Source of the DNA: a virus
Strand: one strand, 5' to 3'
DNA: 64,000 bases
IMG/VR virus record: IMGVR_UViG_3300032373_000002
Coordinates: 32,001 to 96,000 of that record
Positions 9,345-17,795 of this stretch are shown here, piece by piece. A program made the translations under genes and the position numbers. The notes beneath the pieces are model-generated. The model worked only from the letters and a program-made list of their open reading frames with translations. It made no database searches and had not been told where the DNA came from. Every line of letters begins with the position of its first letter. The stretch's first letter is position 1.

Positions 9345-10548
9345 CCATCTCCACCAGCTCTTCCATCTCGGCGTTGGCCTGAAGGACTCCCTCCGCGCGC
9401 TCCACGATCTTTTCGGCCTGGAGCACCTTTGAGGACTTGAACCGGGCCTTCCAGGCCAGCCTCTTCTGGACCTCGTCCTCGAAGGGGCCGCACTTGCGCA
9501 TGCCGTACCGGGAATAGCAGACGATGCTCAGGCGCTCGAAGCCCGCATCCTTGCTCAGCGGGTCGCCCCACTCCTCACCATCGGGGGGGTCGTTGATGGG
9601 TCGCATCTCGGTGTTGCCGTGCCACTCGTGGACGTTCATCGCCAGGAAGTCGCCGGTGCGCACGTCCACTGCCACCCGGAACTTCGGGAAGCCGGTGTAG
9701 CCTCCCTCGTAGGGGTCGCCCTCGAGAACGCTCAGGTTGCCGTAGCCTCGGGGGTAATCCCCCGCATCTTTGTGGACGGCGGTGCGGTAGTTGCGGTTCA
9801 CGGTCACGGTGGTGAACACGGTGCTTCCCAGACCCCACCCATTCTCGCGGATGCCGCTCTCGCTCATCCACTGGTCCTGGCGACCCCAGTGGATCGGAGC
9901 CTGACGCCGGAAGCAGTTGCTGACGGCCTCCAGGAAGGGGAGGGCCGCTTCCATCTTCTCCATGTTGTTGCGGGAGTACCCGGTCTGACGGCAGAACGGG
10001 AAGCGAGCGCTGGCGTCGAAGTTGCCGGCGATGCCGCTGAGCACCTTGTTGGCAGCCGTCGTAGCGCTCAAGGTGCCGTCCGGGAGTCGGTAGCGGGCAC
10101 GAACACCGTTCCCGATGAGGACAATCTCACCGTCGCGGGCGATGCTGCGGAGCTTGGAGCGGTCCACCTTGCCGGCGGCGATGCCCCGGTTGTCGGTCAG
10201 GGTCGCCGCACCACGCAGGGCCTCGCGCGCCTCTTCCGTCAGGTCCTTGCTGACGACCTCTTTGCGGAAGCTCAGCAGCAGCCGCTCCTCATCCTCCAGG
10301 TCCTCCGAAAAGATACTGAGAGCATCCTCAGAGCGCGGCGCGTAGACGTCGCAGTCTTCCTTGACGATGATGGCGTAGTGGCCTTCGCCGACGAACTCGC
10401 CCTTGAAGGCGTCGGTCTGGTAGCTGGTGAGGACGCCCTTGCCCGTGAGTTCGAGCTTACGAACGCCGTCCTCCCGCCATTCCCAGGCCTCCAGACCGTC
10501 GAAGTCTTTGAGGGTGGCGTCTGGGTGCGGCCGGTTGGTTTGAGACAT
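9331..10548 (-). CDS. TET/JBP-family 2OG-Fe(II) dioxygenase (pyrimidine base modification)
   Basis: FTTVTVNRNYRTAVHKDAGD (HxD), HEWHGNT (distal His), RLSIVCYSR (2OG-binding Arg). Confidence 0.85.
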   Translation of the reverse strand: MSQTNRPHPDATLKDFDGLEAWEWREDGVRKLELTGKGVLTSYQTDAFKGEFVGEGHYAIIVKEDCDVYAPRSEDALSIFSEDLEDEERLLLSFRKEVVSKDLTEEAREALRGAATLTDNRGIAAGKVDRSKLRSIARDGEIVLIGNGVRARYRLPDGTLSATTAANKVLSGIAGNFDASARFPFCRQTGYSRNNMEKMEAALPFLEAVSNCFRRQAPIHWGRQDQWMSESGIRENGWGLGSTVFTTVTVNRNYRTAVHKDAGDYPRGYGNLSVLEGDPYEGGYTGFPKFRVAVDVRTGDFLAMNVHEWHGNTEMRPINDPPDGEEWGDPLSKDAGFERLSIVCYSRYGMRKCGPFEDEVQKRLAWKARFKSSKVLQAEKIVERAEGVLQANAEMEELVEMVSED

Positions 10549-10702
10549 GTTTCCGATTCCCCCTTGCACTTAAAAGTATCCGATCGAATAGCCATTGTCG
10601 AATTTTTGGACCTCTTATTACCTGCCCGAGAGGTGAGGGGAGGCCCTGACCTGGGTGGAGACTGGGGTAGGGTGAAGGCAGCCTTCTTAGCCTGAGAGTC
10701 TA

Positions 10703-11563
10703 ATGCCCAAACGTGACATGTGGGAAGAGTGCTATTCAGGGGCTTACACCGAAGCCTTTTCCCCTGAGACCTTCCGCGACAAGTTCTGCGCCGAATGCAA
10801 CCAAGTAGAGTGCATCAACGCCGGGTTCAGTCGCAAGTCCCGGTGGGCACGGCGGATGGACACTCAGGTTGACCGGCTCTTGGACAACCCCAAGTTCGCC
10901 GACCTGGAGGACCCCGTGTTCCGAGAGATCCGGAAGGTCGACTTCCCCTCCGCAGTGCGAGAAGCCTTGCGGATCCACGTGTCAGAGAAGCGCGGGGACT
11001 GGTCGGTCCCTTCGGAGGGCGAGGTCAGCAGCGCTGCTGCCAGCTTGGTGGGACTGGCCCCCCCGACAGCGTTCCAGCCCCCCAGTCCTCCCACCCCAGA
11101 GCCGCCAGCCCCGGAGACGGCCACGCACGCCCAAGACTCCGAAAAGCCGGAGGGCAAGTGGCGCATCAAGGGGTCCTCTGGCAACATCTACACGATCACC
11201 CGGTGGCCTGAAGACCGCTGGGAGTGTACCTGCCCCAGCCGGGAGGACCCCTGCAAGCACGCACGGCTGGTTCAAGGTAAGCTGAACCGGGTCAAGCCTG
11301 CGGGGGGGCCTACGGTGTTGGGGGGAACCGACATTGGGTCGACTCCTCCGCAGAGCCCGCCCCCCTTGCCCGTTGGGGTCGAAGCACCCCCGCCAATACA
11401 GCCCAAGGCGAAGAACACGCGCCTCCCCCGCGAAGGGTTAATGGTCGGAGGAGGCAGTGCCCCCCGCCCAGACCCCGCCCCTGATCCTTGGGCACCGCCT
11501 CCGAAGCCTGCGGGGAGAGTAATCCCAGTCGGCGGAAGGGTGACCTTCCGCAAAAAGAAGTAA
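10703..11563 (+). CDS. SWIM zinc-finger protein with Pro-rich linkers
   Basis: GSSGNIYTI...WECTCP....CKH. Confidence 0.8.
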   Translation: MPKRDMWEECYSGAYTEAFSPETFRDKFCAECNQVECINAGFSRKSRWARRMDTQVDRLLDNPKFADLEDPVFREIRKVDFPSAVREALRIHVSEKRGDWSVPSEGEVSSAAASLVGLAPPTAFQPPSPPTPEPPAPETATHAQDSEKPEGKWRIKGSSGNIYTITRWPEDRWECTCPSREDPCKHARLVQGKLNRVKPAGGPTVLGGTDIGSTPPQSPPPLPVGVEAPPPIQPKAKNTRLPREGLMVGGGSAPRPDPAPDPWAPPPKPAGRVIPVGGRVTFRKKK

Positions 11564-11574
11564 AGGAGCGGATC

Positions 11575-11883
11575 GTGCCCAGGCCAAACATAACAGCGAG
11601 GGTGCCTTGGTCGAGGTCCCAGGGCTGGTCAACCGAAGGCCCCGAGGGGCCTATCGAGTTTGAGCTACACGGGCATCGGTTTCGGGTTTCCCCCACGGAG
11701 TTCGTGGAAGAGGACTTGGGGAAGACCCGCATGAGAGTGGAGTGTCTCACCTGCGGTGAGACGGTACATGAAGCCACCATCGGCCCACGGTTCAAGATCC
11801 AGAAGCACCTCGACGCGAAGGTCGAGGGCCGGACGGCGGTGGGCTTCCGCAAAAAGAAGGTGAAGTATGCCACGTCCCGATGA
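11575..11883 (+). CDS. hypothetical protein, possible Zn finger
   Basis: AAGGAG RBS; CLTC...H motif. Confidence 0.55.
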   Translation: MPRPNITARVPWSRSQGWSTEGPEGPIEFELHGHRFRVSPTEFVEEDLGKTRMRVECLTCGETVHEATIGPRFKIQKHLDAKVEGRTAVGFRKKKVKYATSR

Positions 11884-12310
11884 CGTTGGAATCGGAGTCG
11901 GAATCCTGTTCATCCGGAACGACGAGATCCTGCTCCTGAAGCGCCAGGGGGCGCACTACGAAGGCTACTGGGCGATGCCGGGGGGCTGGATCGACCGGGA
12001 AGACAACGACGGGGCCACGACCTGCAAGAAGGAAGCCATGGAGGAGCTGGGACTGAACCTCCACACGGTGGTCCAGCGGGGCACCCTCTTCCGCCAGAAC
12101 GATGACCTCGGGATCCTCAACCCCACCCTGTACTACAGAGCGCTACGCTGGAGCGGCATCCCCGAGATCCGGGAGCCCGAGAAGTGCAGCGAGATCCGCT
12201 GGGTCCCCATCAGTGAGGTCCTGGCGGGGGGTATGTTGACCTTCCCCGACCTCCAAGAGGCCATCCTCAAGGAAATCCACGGGGGCTGGCACGAGCACCA
12301 GGAGGTCTGA
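11867..12310 (+). CDS. NUDIX hydrolase
   Basis: WAMPGG...KEAMEELGL Nudix box; REPEKC. Confidence 0.88.
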   Translation: MPRPDDVGIGVGILFIRNDEILLLKRQGAHYEGYWAMPGGWIDREDNDGATTCKKEAMEELGLNLHTVVQRGTLFRQNDDLGILNPTLYYRALRWSGIPEIREPEKCSEIRWVPISEVLAGGMLTFPDLQEAILKEIHGGWHEHQEV

Positions 12311-13302
12311 TGGACCCCAGCGACATTCTCAAGACCGCCGAGGACTTCACGCGGAACCACCCGGAAGCACGGGCGCTCTTGGAAGAGGTCAAGGCCGGAC
12401 GCCTGAGCGAGCACGAATTCGCCGTGAAGGTTGCAGGCCTGTTACTGGAGCATCAAGAGCTCCCCACGAAGTTCAACACTTCCCTCCCCCCAGAGTACCG
12501 CCAACTGCTGGGGGGCCGACCTCTCACCCGACAGGTCAAGCCGGGGATGTGGCAACTGGACCCGTTGTACGAGGCAGCGGTGTTGGAACGGGCCAGCCTT
12601 GACGGGGACGCGCCCGAGCTTCGGTCGGGTCCGCTGCCCGAGGCTGGCAAGCCCGCAGTACCGATCGAAACCGACCTCCTCTCCCCGTTGTACGTCGGGT
12701 GGATGCTGGAGCGCGCTTCCGAAGAAGTCGTCGAGGAGCTGGAGGGAGCAACGGAGGCTTGGGAGACCCTGACCGATCGGGTCCTGGGGGCCATCGAAGA
12801 CCAGTACGAGGAGGGGGCGGAAAAGGTGGTAGCGCTGGCGCTGGCCGCGCAGCACTTTCCGGCACGGCCGGTTGGGGTCCCTGGCTACGAGCCAGGACAG
12901 CTACCTACGATGCGGTCCGTCCAGGCCCCTACCTGGCAAGACATCGAGCGACTGAGCCTTCGAGAACGCCAACGCCTCAGCGCCAAGGCTATCCGCACCA
13001 CGCAAGGGAGGTCGAGCCTCGCAGGCCCGATCGAGAACGAGATCGCTTCTCACCTCCGGCGCAAAGGCTATGAGGTGGACCACGCGGACCTCAAGCGGGA
13101 AGGGGACTTCGTCCGCTGGACCACAGTGCTGATCGAAGAGCGGGTTCAGATCAACTACGACGGTCCCCGCAACGCGGCGGCAGTCCTTGCCGCCAAGCTA
13201 CGCAAAGAGGTCGACCCAGGGCCTGTCCGGGTGAAAGTGTTCCCGTACAACGGGATCGCGGAGCGGGAGTTCGGTTGGGTACTGCGATGGGAGGAAGGGT
13301 GA
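12310..13302 (+). CDS. hypothetical protein
   Basis: Coupled 330-aa ORF with GGAGG RBS. Confidence 0.7.
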   Translation: MDPSDILKTAEDFTRNHPEARALLEEVKAGRLSEHEFAVKVAGLLLEHQELPTKFNTSLPPEYRQLLGGRPLTRQVKPGMWQLDPLYEAAVLERASLDGDAPELRSGPLPEAGKPAVPIETDLLSPLYVGWMLERASEEVVEELEGATEAWETLTDRVLGAIEDQYEEGAEKVVALALAAQHFPARPVGVPGYEPGQLPTMRSVQAPTWQDIERLSLRERQRLSAKAIRTTQGRSSLAGPIENEIASHLRRKGYEVDHADLKREGDFVRWTTVLIEERVQINYDGPRNAAAVLAAKLRKEVDPGPVRVKVFPYNGIAEREFGWVLRWEEG

Positions 13303-13589
13303 GCCTACTCAACCAAGTCCGCGTTATGCTGGATTCCGGGGCCAAAGATTGCATCGGGCTCTGCACACGGAACACCTACGGAGAAGCCTGGGACCATCTG
13401 GCACTGACCCTACCTCCGGAAGCCGTCTTCCAGGGGGAGCGGGTTCAGTGGGGGCCGCGCTCTATCACTGTCAAGAAGCTCGAAGACGAGCCGCTGAAGG
13501 TCGCAGGGGCAGAGCTGTTCTTGCTGGTCGGAGTAGAGACCCTGGACCCAGCGGAGGCAGTGGGCTATGGCCGGTGGACCCGAGCATAG
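13299..13589 (+). CDS. hypothetical protein
   Basis: GTGA overlap. Confidence 0.5.
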   Translation: MSLLNQVRVMLDSGAKDCIGLCTRNTYGEAWDHLALTLPPEAVFQGERVQWGPRSITVKKLEDEPLKVAGAELFLLVGVETLDPAEAVGYGRWTRA

Positions 13590-13950
13590 GCTGTACCAAT
13601 TGGTGGTGGGCGGAGGCCAACCGTTCGCTCTGGACTCCGAGACCCTGCCAGCGTTTTGCCATGACGGCAAGACAACGGCGGGGTCTCTCATGTTGACCTC
13701 GCCCCAAGCAACCTACCTTGAGCAGACCCTTCGGGGTCTGGGTTGCAGGGTTGAAATTCGCTGCGAAGATGGAAAAGCTCCTGAAGGCAACTACCTTTAC
13801 AAGGAATGCGAGGAGTGCCCGTGGGCGTATCCTGAACACGAGGTAAGCCCATGCGGTTGGAGGGTCTGGGAACAGGCGGTGAGGGAATCGCTGCTGCGGA
13901 CCAGCCCAGCCCACCGCCAAGCACTCAAAACCTGTCCGGGAGAAGAATGA
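13567..13950 (+). CDS. hypothetical Cys-rich protein
   Basis: Coupled ORF. Confidence 0.55.
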   Translation: MAGGPEHRLYQLVVGGGQPFALDSETLPAFCHDGKTTAGSLMLTSPQATYLEQTLRGLGCRVEIRCEDGKAPEGNYLYKECEECPWAYPEHEVSPCGWRVWEQAVRESLLRTSPAHRQALKTCPGEE

Positions 13951-14213
13951 CCTACAAAGCTGATGTGACTGTGAAGATCGCCACCAAGAAGGGCAATGCC
14001 AAGGTCCACCTGTGCTTGGGGGGAGCGGACTTTCCCTGGCGCGCAGAAGGCAACCGCGTGGTGATCGGACCCGGCAAGACAGGACCCCGCTGGAACACCC
14101 ATCGCTTCTGGGTGGCGGATGCAGTCCTGAAGGGCGGTCGCGTGACCCGACTCACCCCCGCCGAGTACCAGGAGGCCCTGGACAAGGCGGAGGAAAAGTT
14201 CCAATCTCAGTAG
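13947..14213 (+). CDS. hypothetical protein
   Basis: ATGA overlap. Confidence 0.6.
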   Translation: MTYKADVTVKIATKKGNAKVHLCLGGADFPWRAEGNRVVIGPGKTGPRWNTHRFWVADAVLKGGRVTRLTPAEYQEALDKAEEKFQSQ

Positions 14214-14355
14214 CGTTCCCCACTCTATCATGCTATGGGGATGGCATGACTCGCTTCTTGAGCCTCCCCCCGAAAAACTTCTGGCGCCGATACTGGCGTT
14301 CGGAAGGGGGTACTGGGTTCTGAGAGGCCGCTGCAACCGCAGCACACTCTGACCC

Positions 14356-14396
14356 AAGAAGCCCCTTCCCCACCCGGAAGGGGCTTCTTCTGTTTG
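14356..14396 (+). terminator. intrinsic terminator-like hairpin upstream of the tRNA cluster
   Basis: AAGAAGCCCCTTCC/GGAAGGGGCTTCTT perfect stem followed by CTGTTT. Confidence 0.7.
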
Positions 14397-14431
14397 GAGG
14401 CCCAGAGAACTTTGAAAACACCATACCAATC

Positions 14432-14514
14432 GGGGGAGATGCTCTCTGGGAAGAGCATCAGCCTGTAAAGCTGAAGCCCTCCGGGGCCTGGAGGTTCGAA
14501 TCCTCTCTCCCCCA
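14432..14514 (+). tRNA. tRNA-Tyr(GTA)
   Basis: GGGGGAG/CTCCCCC acceptor, TCAGC-CTGTAAA-GCTGA, long variable arm, TTCGAAT T-loop, A73. Confidence 0.9.
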
Positions 14515-14519
14515 TTTCT

Positions 14520-14594
14520 GCGTCGTAGGGAAGGTTCCCCGGTCGGTCTCCAAAACCGATGTCTGTCAGCAGAGTTCGATACTCTCGCGGCGTG
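14520..14594 (+). tRNA. tRNA-Trp(CCA), atypical D arm
   Basis: TCGGT-CTCCAAA-ACCGA, T-loop TTCGATA, G73; G-U-rich acceptor. Confidence 0.7.
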
Positions 14595-14598
14595 CTTT

Positions 14599-14704
14599 GG
14601 GTGTAGACGTAGATCCTGCGGAGCCTGGGAGGTCGCAGGGGTAAGGAGTCGCTTAGGGGAGCCCAGTCCCCCACGAGGTTCGGGTTCGACCCCCGATACA
14701 CCCA
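14599..14704 (+). ncRNA. tRNA-like RNA with a hairpin inserted in the D arm and a non-canonical anticodon arm
   Basis: GGGTGTA/TACACCC acceptor, TCGGG-TTCGACC-CCCGA T-arm, CCTGCG/CGCAGG insert. Confidence 0.65.
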
Positions 14705-14707
14705 CTC

Positions 14708-14818
14708 GGGACCGTCAGTCAATCGGTAGGCGCATCAGCGGAGCGCCCTACTCCAGACAAGGGGAGTAGGGAACGGGCAGGACGCAGGTGAATGGAGGTT
14801 CAAGTCCTCCCGGTCCCA
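14708..14818 (+). ncRNA. tRNA-like RNA with an extended anticodon arm
   Basis: GGGACCG/CGGTCCC acceptor, D loop with GG, CCCTACTCC/GGAGTAGGG extension, GGAGG-TTCAAGT-CCTCC. Confidence 0.7.
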
Positions 14819-14867
14819 CTCGGCAACCTATGAACCATAAAAGCTAAACGCACTGGCGGAGCTTCAT

Positions 14868-15338
14868 GTGTTCTACACCGCCTACAAGACCACCCACCTC
14901 GCCTCCGGGAAGACTTACATCGGGGTCCACAAGACCAAGAGGACCGACGACCGCTACTTGGGGTCCGGGACCTACTTGAAGAAAGCTATCCGGAAGCATG
15001 GAGCAAAAGCTTTCAAGAAAGATGTCCTCTACATCTTCGACTCTGAGCAGGAAATGCTCGAGAAAGAGAGGGAGTTGGTCGATGAAGCCTTCGTAGCCCG
15101 TCGTGACACCTACAACCTCTCGCTGGGAGGCTTGAAGGTTCCTGACAACACCCATGTCTGGAGAGCCCACGGCTCGGGACAGGGGTTTTCCCCCAACCCC
15201 GCAGGACCCGGAACCGTCCCGTGGAACAAGGGCAAGACTAAAAAGACTTGCTCTAAGGTAAGAGAGAACGCAAAGGCAATAGCTGAAGCGACTAAGAGGA
15301 GGAAGAGGAAAGGCGGTCGGTTCGCGAAAGAGGGCTGA
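14868..15338 (+). CDS. GIY-YIG homing endonuclease (Seg-like)
   Basis: YKTT...YIGVH...YLGSG...YNL core and PWNKGK motif; A-richer composition; sits inside the tRNA cluster. Confidence 0.88.
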   Translation: MFYTAYKTTHLASGKTYIGVHKTKRTDDRYLGSGTYLKKAIRKHGAKAFKKDVLYIFDSEQEMLEKERELVDEAFVARRDTYNLSLGGLKVPDNTHVWRAHGSGQGFSPNPAGPGTVPWNKGKTKKTCSKVRENAKAIAEATKRRKRKGGRFAKEG

Positions 15339-15351
15339 CAACCTATAATAT

Positions 15352-15491
15352 GGCGAGGTGGGCAAAAGGAAAAGCCACTGGTTCAAGGCACCAGAGATTA
15401 GCATCTCTCAGCTGCGCAACTCGCTCTCCTAACCAGAGAGCCCTACGCATCAGCCTACAAGCATTTGCAGGTTCGAGTCCTGCCCTCGCCA
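15352..15491 (+). ncRNA. giant-variable-arm tRNA-like RNA A (anticodon position AAG)
   Basis: GGCGAGG/CCTCGCC acceptor, D, anticodon and T arms; about 70-nt variable region ending CCTACAAGC. Confidence 0.75.
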
Positions 15492-15494
15492 CTC

Positions 15495-15587
15495 AAAACC
15501 TCTCCCCAGAAAAGGGCCGAACCTTCGCTCGGTGTCCGGCTGGAAGCGCCCGCGTGGAGCGTACAACTTCCTCTGGGGAGAGGTTTT
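15495..15587 (+). ncRNA. long closed hairpin cassette between tRNAs
   Basis: 16-bp AAAACCTCTCCCCAGA/TCTGGGGAGAGGTTTT stem enclosing two small hairpins. Confidence 0.5.
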
Positions 15588-15591
15588 TTCT

Positions 15592-15665
15592 GCACTCTTA
15601 GCTCAATCGGATAGAGCACTGCGCTACGGACGCAGGGGTTGGGGGTTCAAGTCCCTCAGAGTGCG
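15592..15665 (+). tRNA. tRNA-Arg(ACG)
   Basis: Canonical cloverleaf, CTGCG-CTACGGA-CGCAG. Confidence 0.93.
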
Positions 15666-15671
15666 TATTTA

Positions 15672-15814
15672 GGGGAAGTCGCCGGATGGTCCGGCAATCG
15701 GTCAGTAAAACCGATGCATCACGCATCTCCAGAAGCGGTCCTCGCCTCCTCCGACCGAAGAGGCACCTCACCAGCTTCCTACAAGCTCAGTAGGTTCGAT
15801 TCCTACCTTCCCCT
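15672..15814 (+). ncRNA. giant-variable-arm tRNA-like RNA B (GTA anticodon, A33)
   Basis: GGGGAAG/CTTCCCC, GCCG-GATGGTC-CGGC, TCGGT-CAGTAAA-ACCGA; module ending CCTACAAGC; GTAGG-TTCGATT-CCTAC. Confidence 0.78.
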
Positions 15815-15857
15815 CTCCAGTAAAAATGCTCCCTACAAAACCTCTTGAGGAGAGCAA

Positions 15858-16544
15858 ATGACGGAACAGAAGCCCAAGAGACACCTCCGAGAACTTCCGT
15901 GGGTAGCGGGAGACCCCAAGCGACTGGTCTTGACCCCCCTCGGAAGGTTCGTCGCTCAGCCCGTCGGGAACACCGGCTACGGCACCGGCCTCCACGTCTA
16001 CGCTCACTTGGATGGGGAGGAAGAGTCGGTATCTGGACTCTTCTCTTTCGGGGCGAAGATCACTCCTGACGGCAAGGTGGTCTGGTCCCAGCGGCAACCG
16101 AACTACCGCATGAAGCACGACCGGGCTGATGAACTCCTTCAGGCATGCCTGAAAATTGCCGAGGACTGGTTCGAGCGGGACCCGGGCCACTGTGCTTCCT
16201 ACTACGGGGGCCTCGCCCGCCGAGAGCTCTACGAGATGAGCCGAGAAATCCGGAGCGAGGAGCACATCATCGGTGTCCTTCAAGGACTGCTGGAAGACCC
16301 GGCAGCACCGAAGACCCGCAGAGAAAAGCAGCCGGACGGTGAGTGGGTGACGGTCCCACTCACCCCGGAGGAGAGAGAAGAACGACGGAAGACTTGGCGC
16401 CGGAACCTCCTCCGGGCAGAAAAGAAAATAGAGGCCCTGAAAGCTCAACGACCCCGACGCATTCAGTTGGAAGAGATCCGAGACCTGATCGACTTGTTCC
16501 TCGAAGGCGCGATCGACAGTCCCTTCCCATTCCCGGCTGAGTAG
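15858..16544 (+). CDS. hypothetical protein
   Basis: GAGGAG RBS, 228 aa. Confidence 0.7.
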   Translation: MTEQKPKRHLRELPWVAGDPKRLVLTPLGRFVAQPVGNTGYGTGLHVYAHLDGEEESVSGLFSFGAKITPDGKVVWSQRQPNYRMKHDRADELLQACLKIAEDWFERDPGHCASYYGGLARRELYEMSREIRSEEHIIGVLQGLLEDPAAPKTRREKQPDGEWVTVPLTPEEREERRKTWRRNLLRAEKKIEALKAQRPRRIQLEEIRDLIDLFLEGAIDSPFPFPAE

Positions 16545-16575
16545 GGGTAACCTACAGCAAGTCAAGGAGGACTGC

Positions 16576-16800
16576 ATGCCCAACACACTGCCCCCCGTCG
16601 GAACCCGTGTCCGCGCCAAGGTCGATATCCACGACGACGCCTCGAACCGTCGCATCCCTCAGCACGCCAAGGCGGGAGACACGGGAATCGTCGAGGGCTA
16701 CTTCGGCAATGATGAGGTCCCGACGATCAACTGGGGTGCCGGCACTGGCCGCGGGGTCTACGACAGCCCCTGGTACCAGCTGGAAGTCCTCAAGGACTGA
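16576..16800 (+). CDS. small SH3-like hypothetical protein
   Basis: AAGGAGG RBS; GTRVRA...GDTGIV pattern. Confidence 0.65.
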   Translation: MPNTLPPVGTRVRAKVDIHDDASNRRIPQHAKAGDTGIVEGYFGNDEVPTINWGAGTGRGVYDSPWYQLEVLKD

Positions 16801-16816
16801 ACAGGTAAGCGGGCTC

Positions 16817-17053
16817 ATGAGAATAGAGCCCCACCAAAGCTACACCTTCCAGGTCTTCGACGAGAACGACCGCGTCGCAGGCTACCTCAAAAACTCTGAG
16901 GGGGCCTGGGAGTGCTTCGACCCCCACGGGGTCGCCATCCCCACCAACCCTGTCCAAGGGCTGGTACGGGCAGCCGGGGTGGTTCTCCGCGACTACGCCC
17001 TACAGGCGCAGGTGCCCCCGCACTGGAGACGGAGTCGCGGGTATACGCTCTGA
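16817..17053 (+). CDS. hypothetical protein
   Basis: ATG after a GGTAA motif. Confidence 0.5.
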   Translation: MRIEPHQSYTFQVFDENDRVAGYLKNSEGAWECFDPHGVAIPTNPVQGLVRAAGVVLRDYALQAQVPPHWRRSRGYTL

Positions 17054-17078
17054 TCGCCAAGGAAGGCAGGAGTCTTCA

Positions 17079-17315
17079 ATGAGCAACAAGCGCAACCATC
17101 GCAGGGGCCACGGACGCATCCAAGGCAACGGACCCCGCTACGAGAACCCGAACCCCTCCGACGGCTGCAACTCCACCCACGTTGCCAAGGGTCGCCGAGA
17201 CTGGAAACGCATCGGCAACCGCGCGCTCCGACGTACCGGAGGCAAGAGCGAAGGCGGGAGGTGGGGTGCCCCATTGACCGGCCCGACCGTAGACCAGGAC
17301 TGGGGCGAAGAGTAA
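17079..17315 (+). CDS. small basic hypothetical protein
   Basis: AGGAG RBS. Confidence 0.55.
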   Translation: MSNKRNHRRGHGRIQGNGPRYENPNPSDGCNSTHVAKGRRDWKRIGNRALRRTGGKSEGGRWGAPLTGPTVDQDWGEE

Positions 17316-17345
17316 GCCTCTACGAACCCAGCAAGGGAGCGCACG

Positions 17346-17795
17346 ATGGCAGACGGGATGTTCAACAGCGGCGGAGGTTCCTCTTCGGGCGGTAGCGGGG
17401 GCTACAATGACTACAGCACCAACTACTACGGCAGCAGTAATCACGGGGGAGGCGGGGACCTCGGCGCTGGAGGGGTGATCGTGCTCGCGGCGGTTATCGT
17501 CCTCATGGTGGTCGCGGTGGCCTACAACAAACACGCCGAAGCCGAGGCGCTGGCTCAGGAACGGCAGCTGGACCGCACCACCTACAAGAACAACGCCGAA
17601 GCCAACTTCGAAGCCTGGACCGAGGCGATGGGCTTCCAAGTCAAGGAAGGGAGCCTGTTCATGGAGCCGGGTTCCTCTCGCCGGGAGAACTACCACTGCA
17701 AGGGGGGTCAGTTCTTCGACCTGACGACCAACCGGAACATCACCTACTGCTGTGCAGTGCAGAGCAACCCCCCCGCACGCTGCTTGGAGATCTGA
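17346..17795 (+). CDS. single-pass membrane protein with Gly/Ser-rich N-terminus
   Basis: Hydrophobic VIVLAAVIVLMVVAVA segment. Confidence 0.7.
   Translation: MADGMFNSGGGSSSGGSGGYNDYSTNYYGSSNHGGGGDLGAGGVIVLAAVIVLMVVAVAYNKHAEAEALAQERQLDRTTYKNNAEANFEAWTEAMGFQVKEGSLFMEPGSSRRENYHCKGGQFFDLTTNRNITYCCAVQSNPPARCLEI

Noticed and set aside
14868-15338. Group I intron around the endonuclease
   Set aside because: Both flanking tRNA-like genes are complete, and there is no room for an intron core
15352-15491. tRNA-Sec
   Set aside because: TCA is not at the anticodon position of the 7-nt loop, and the acceptor is 7 bp with A73
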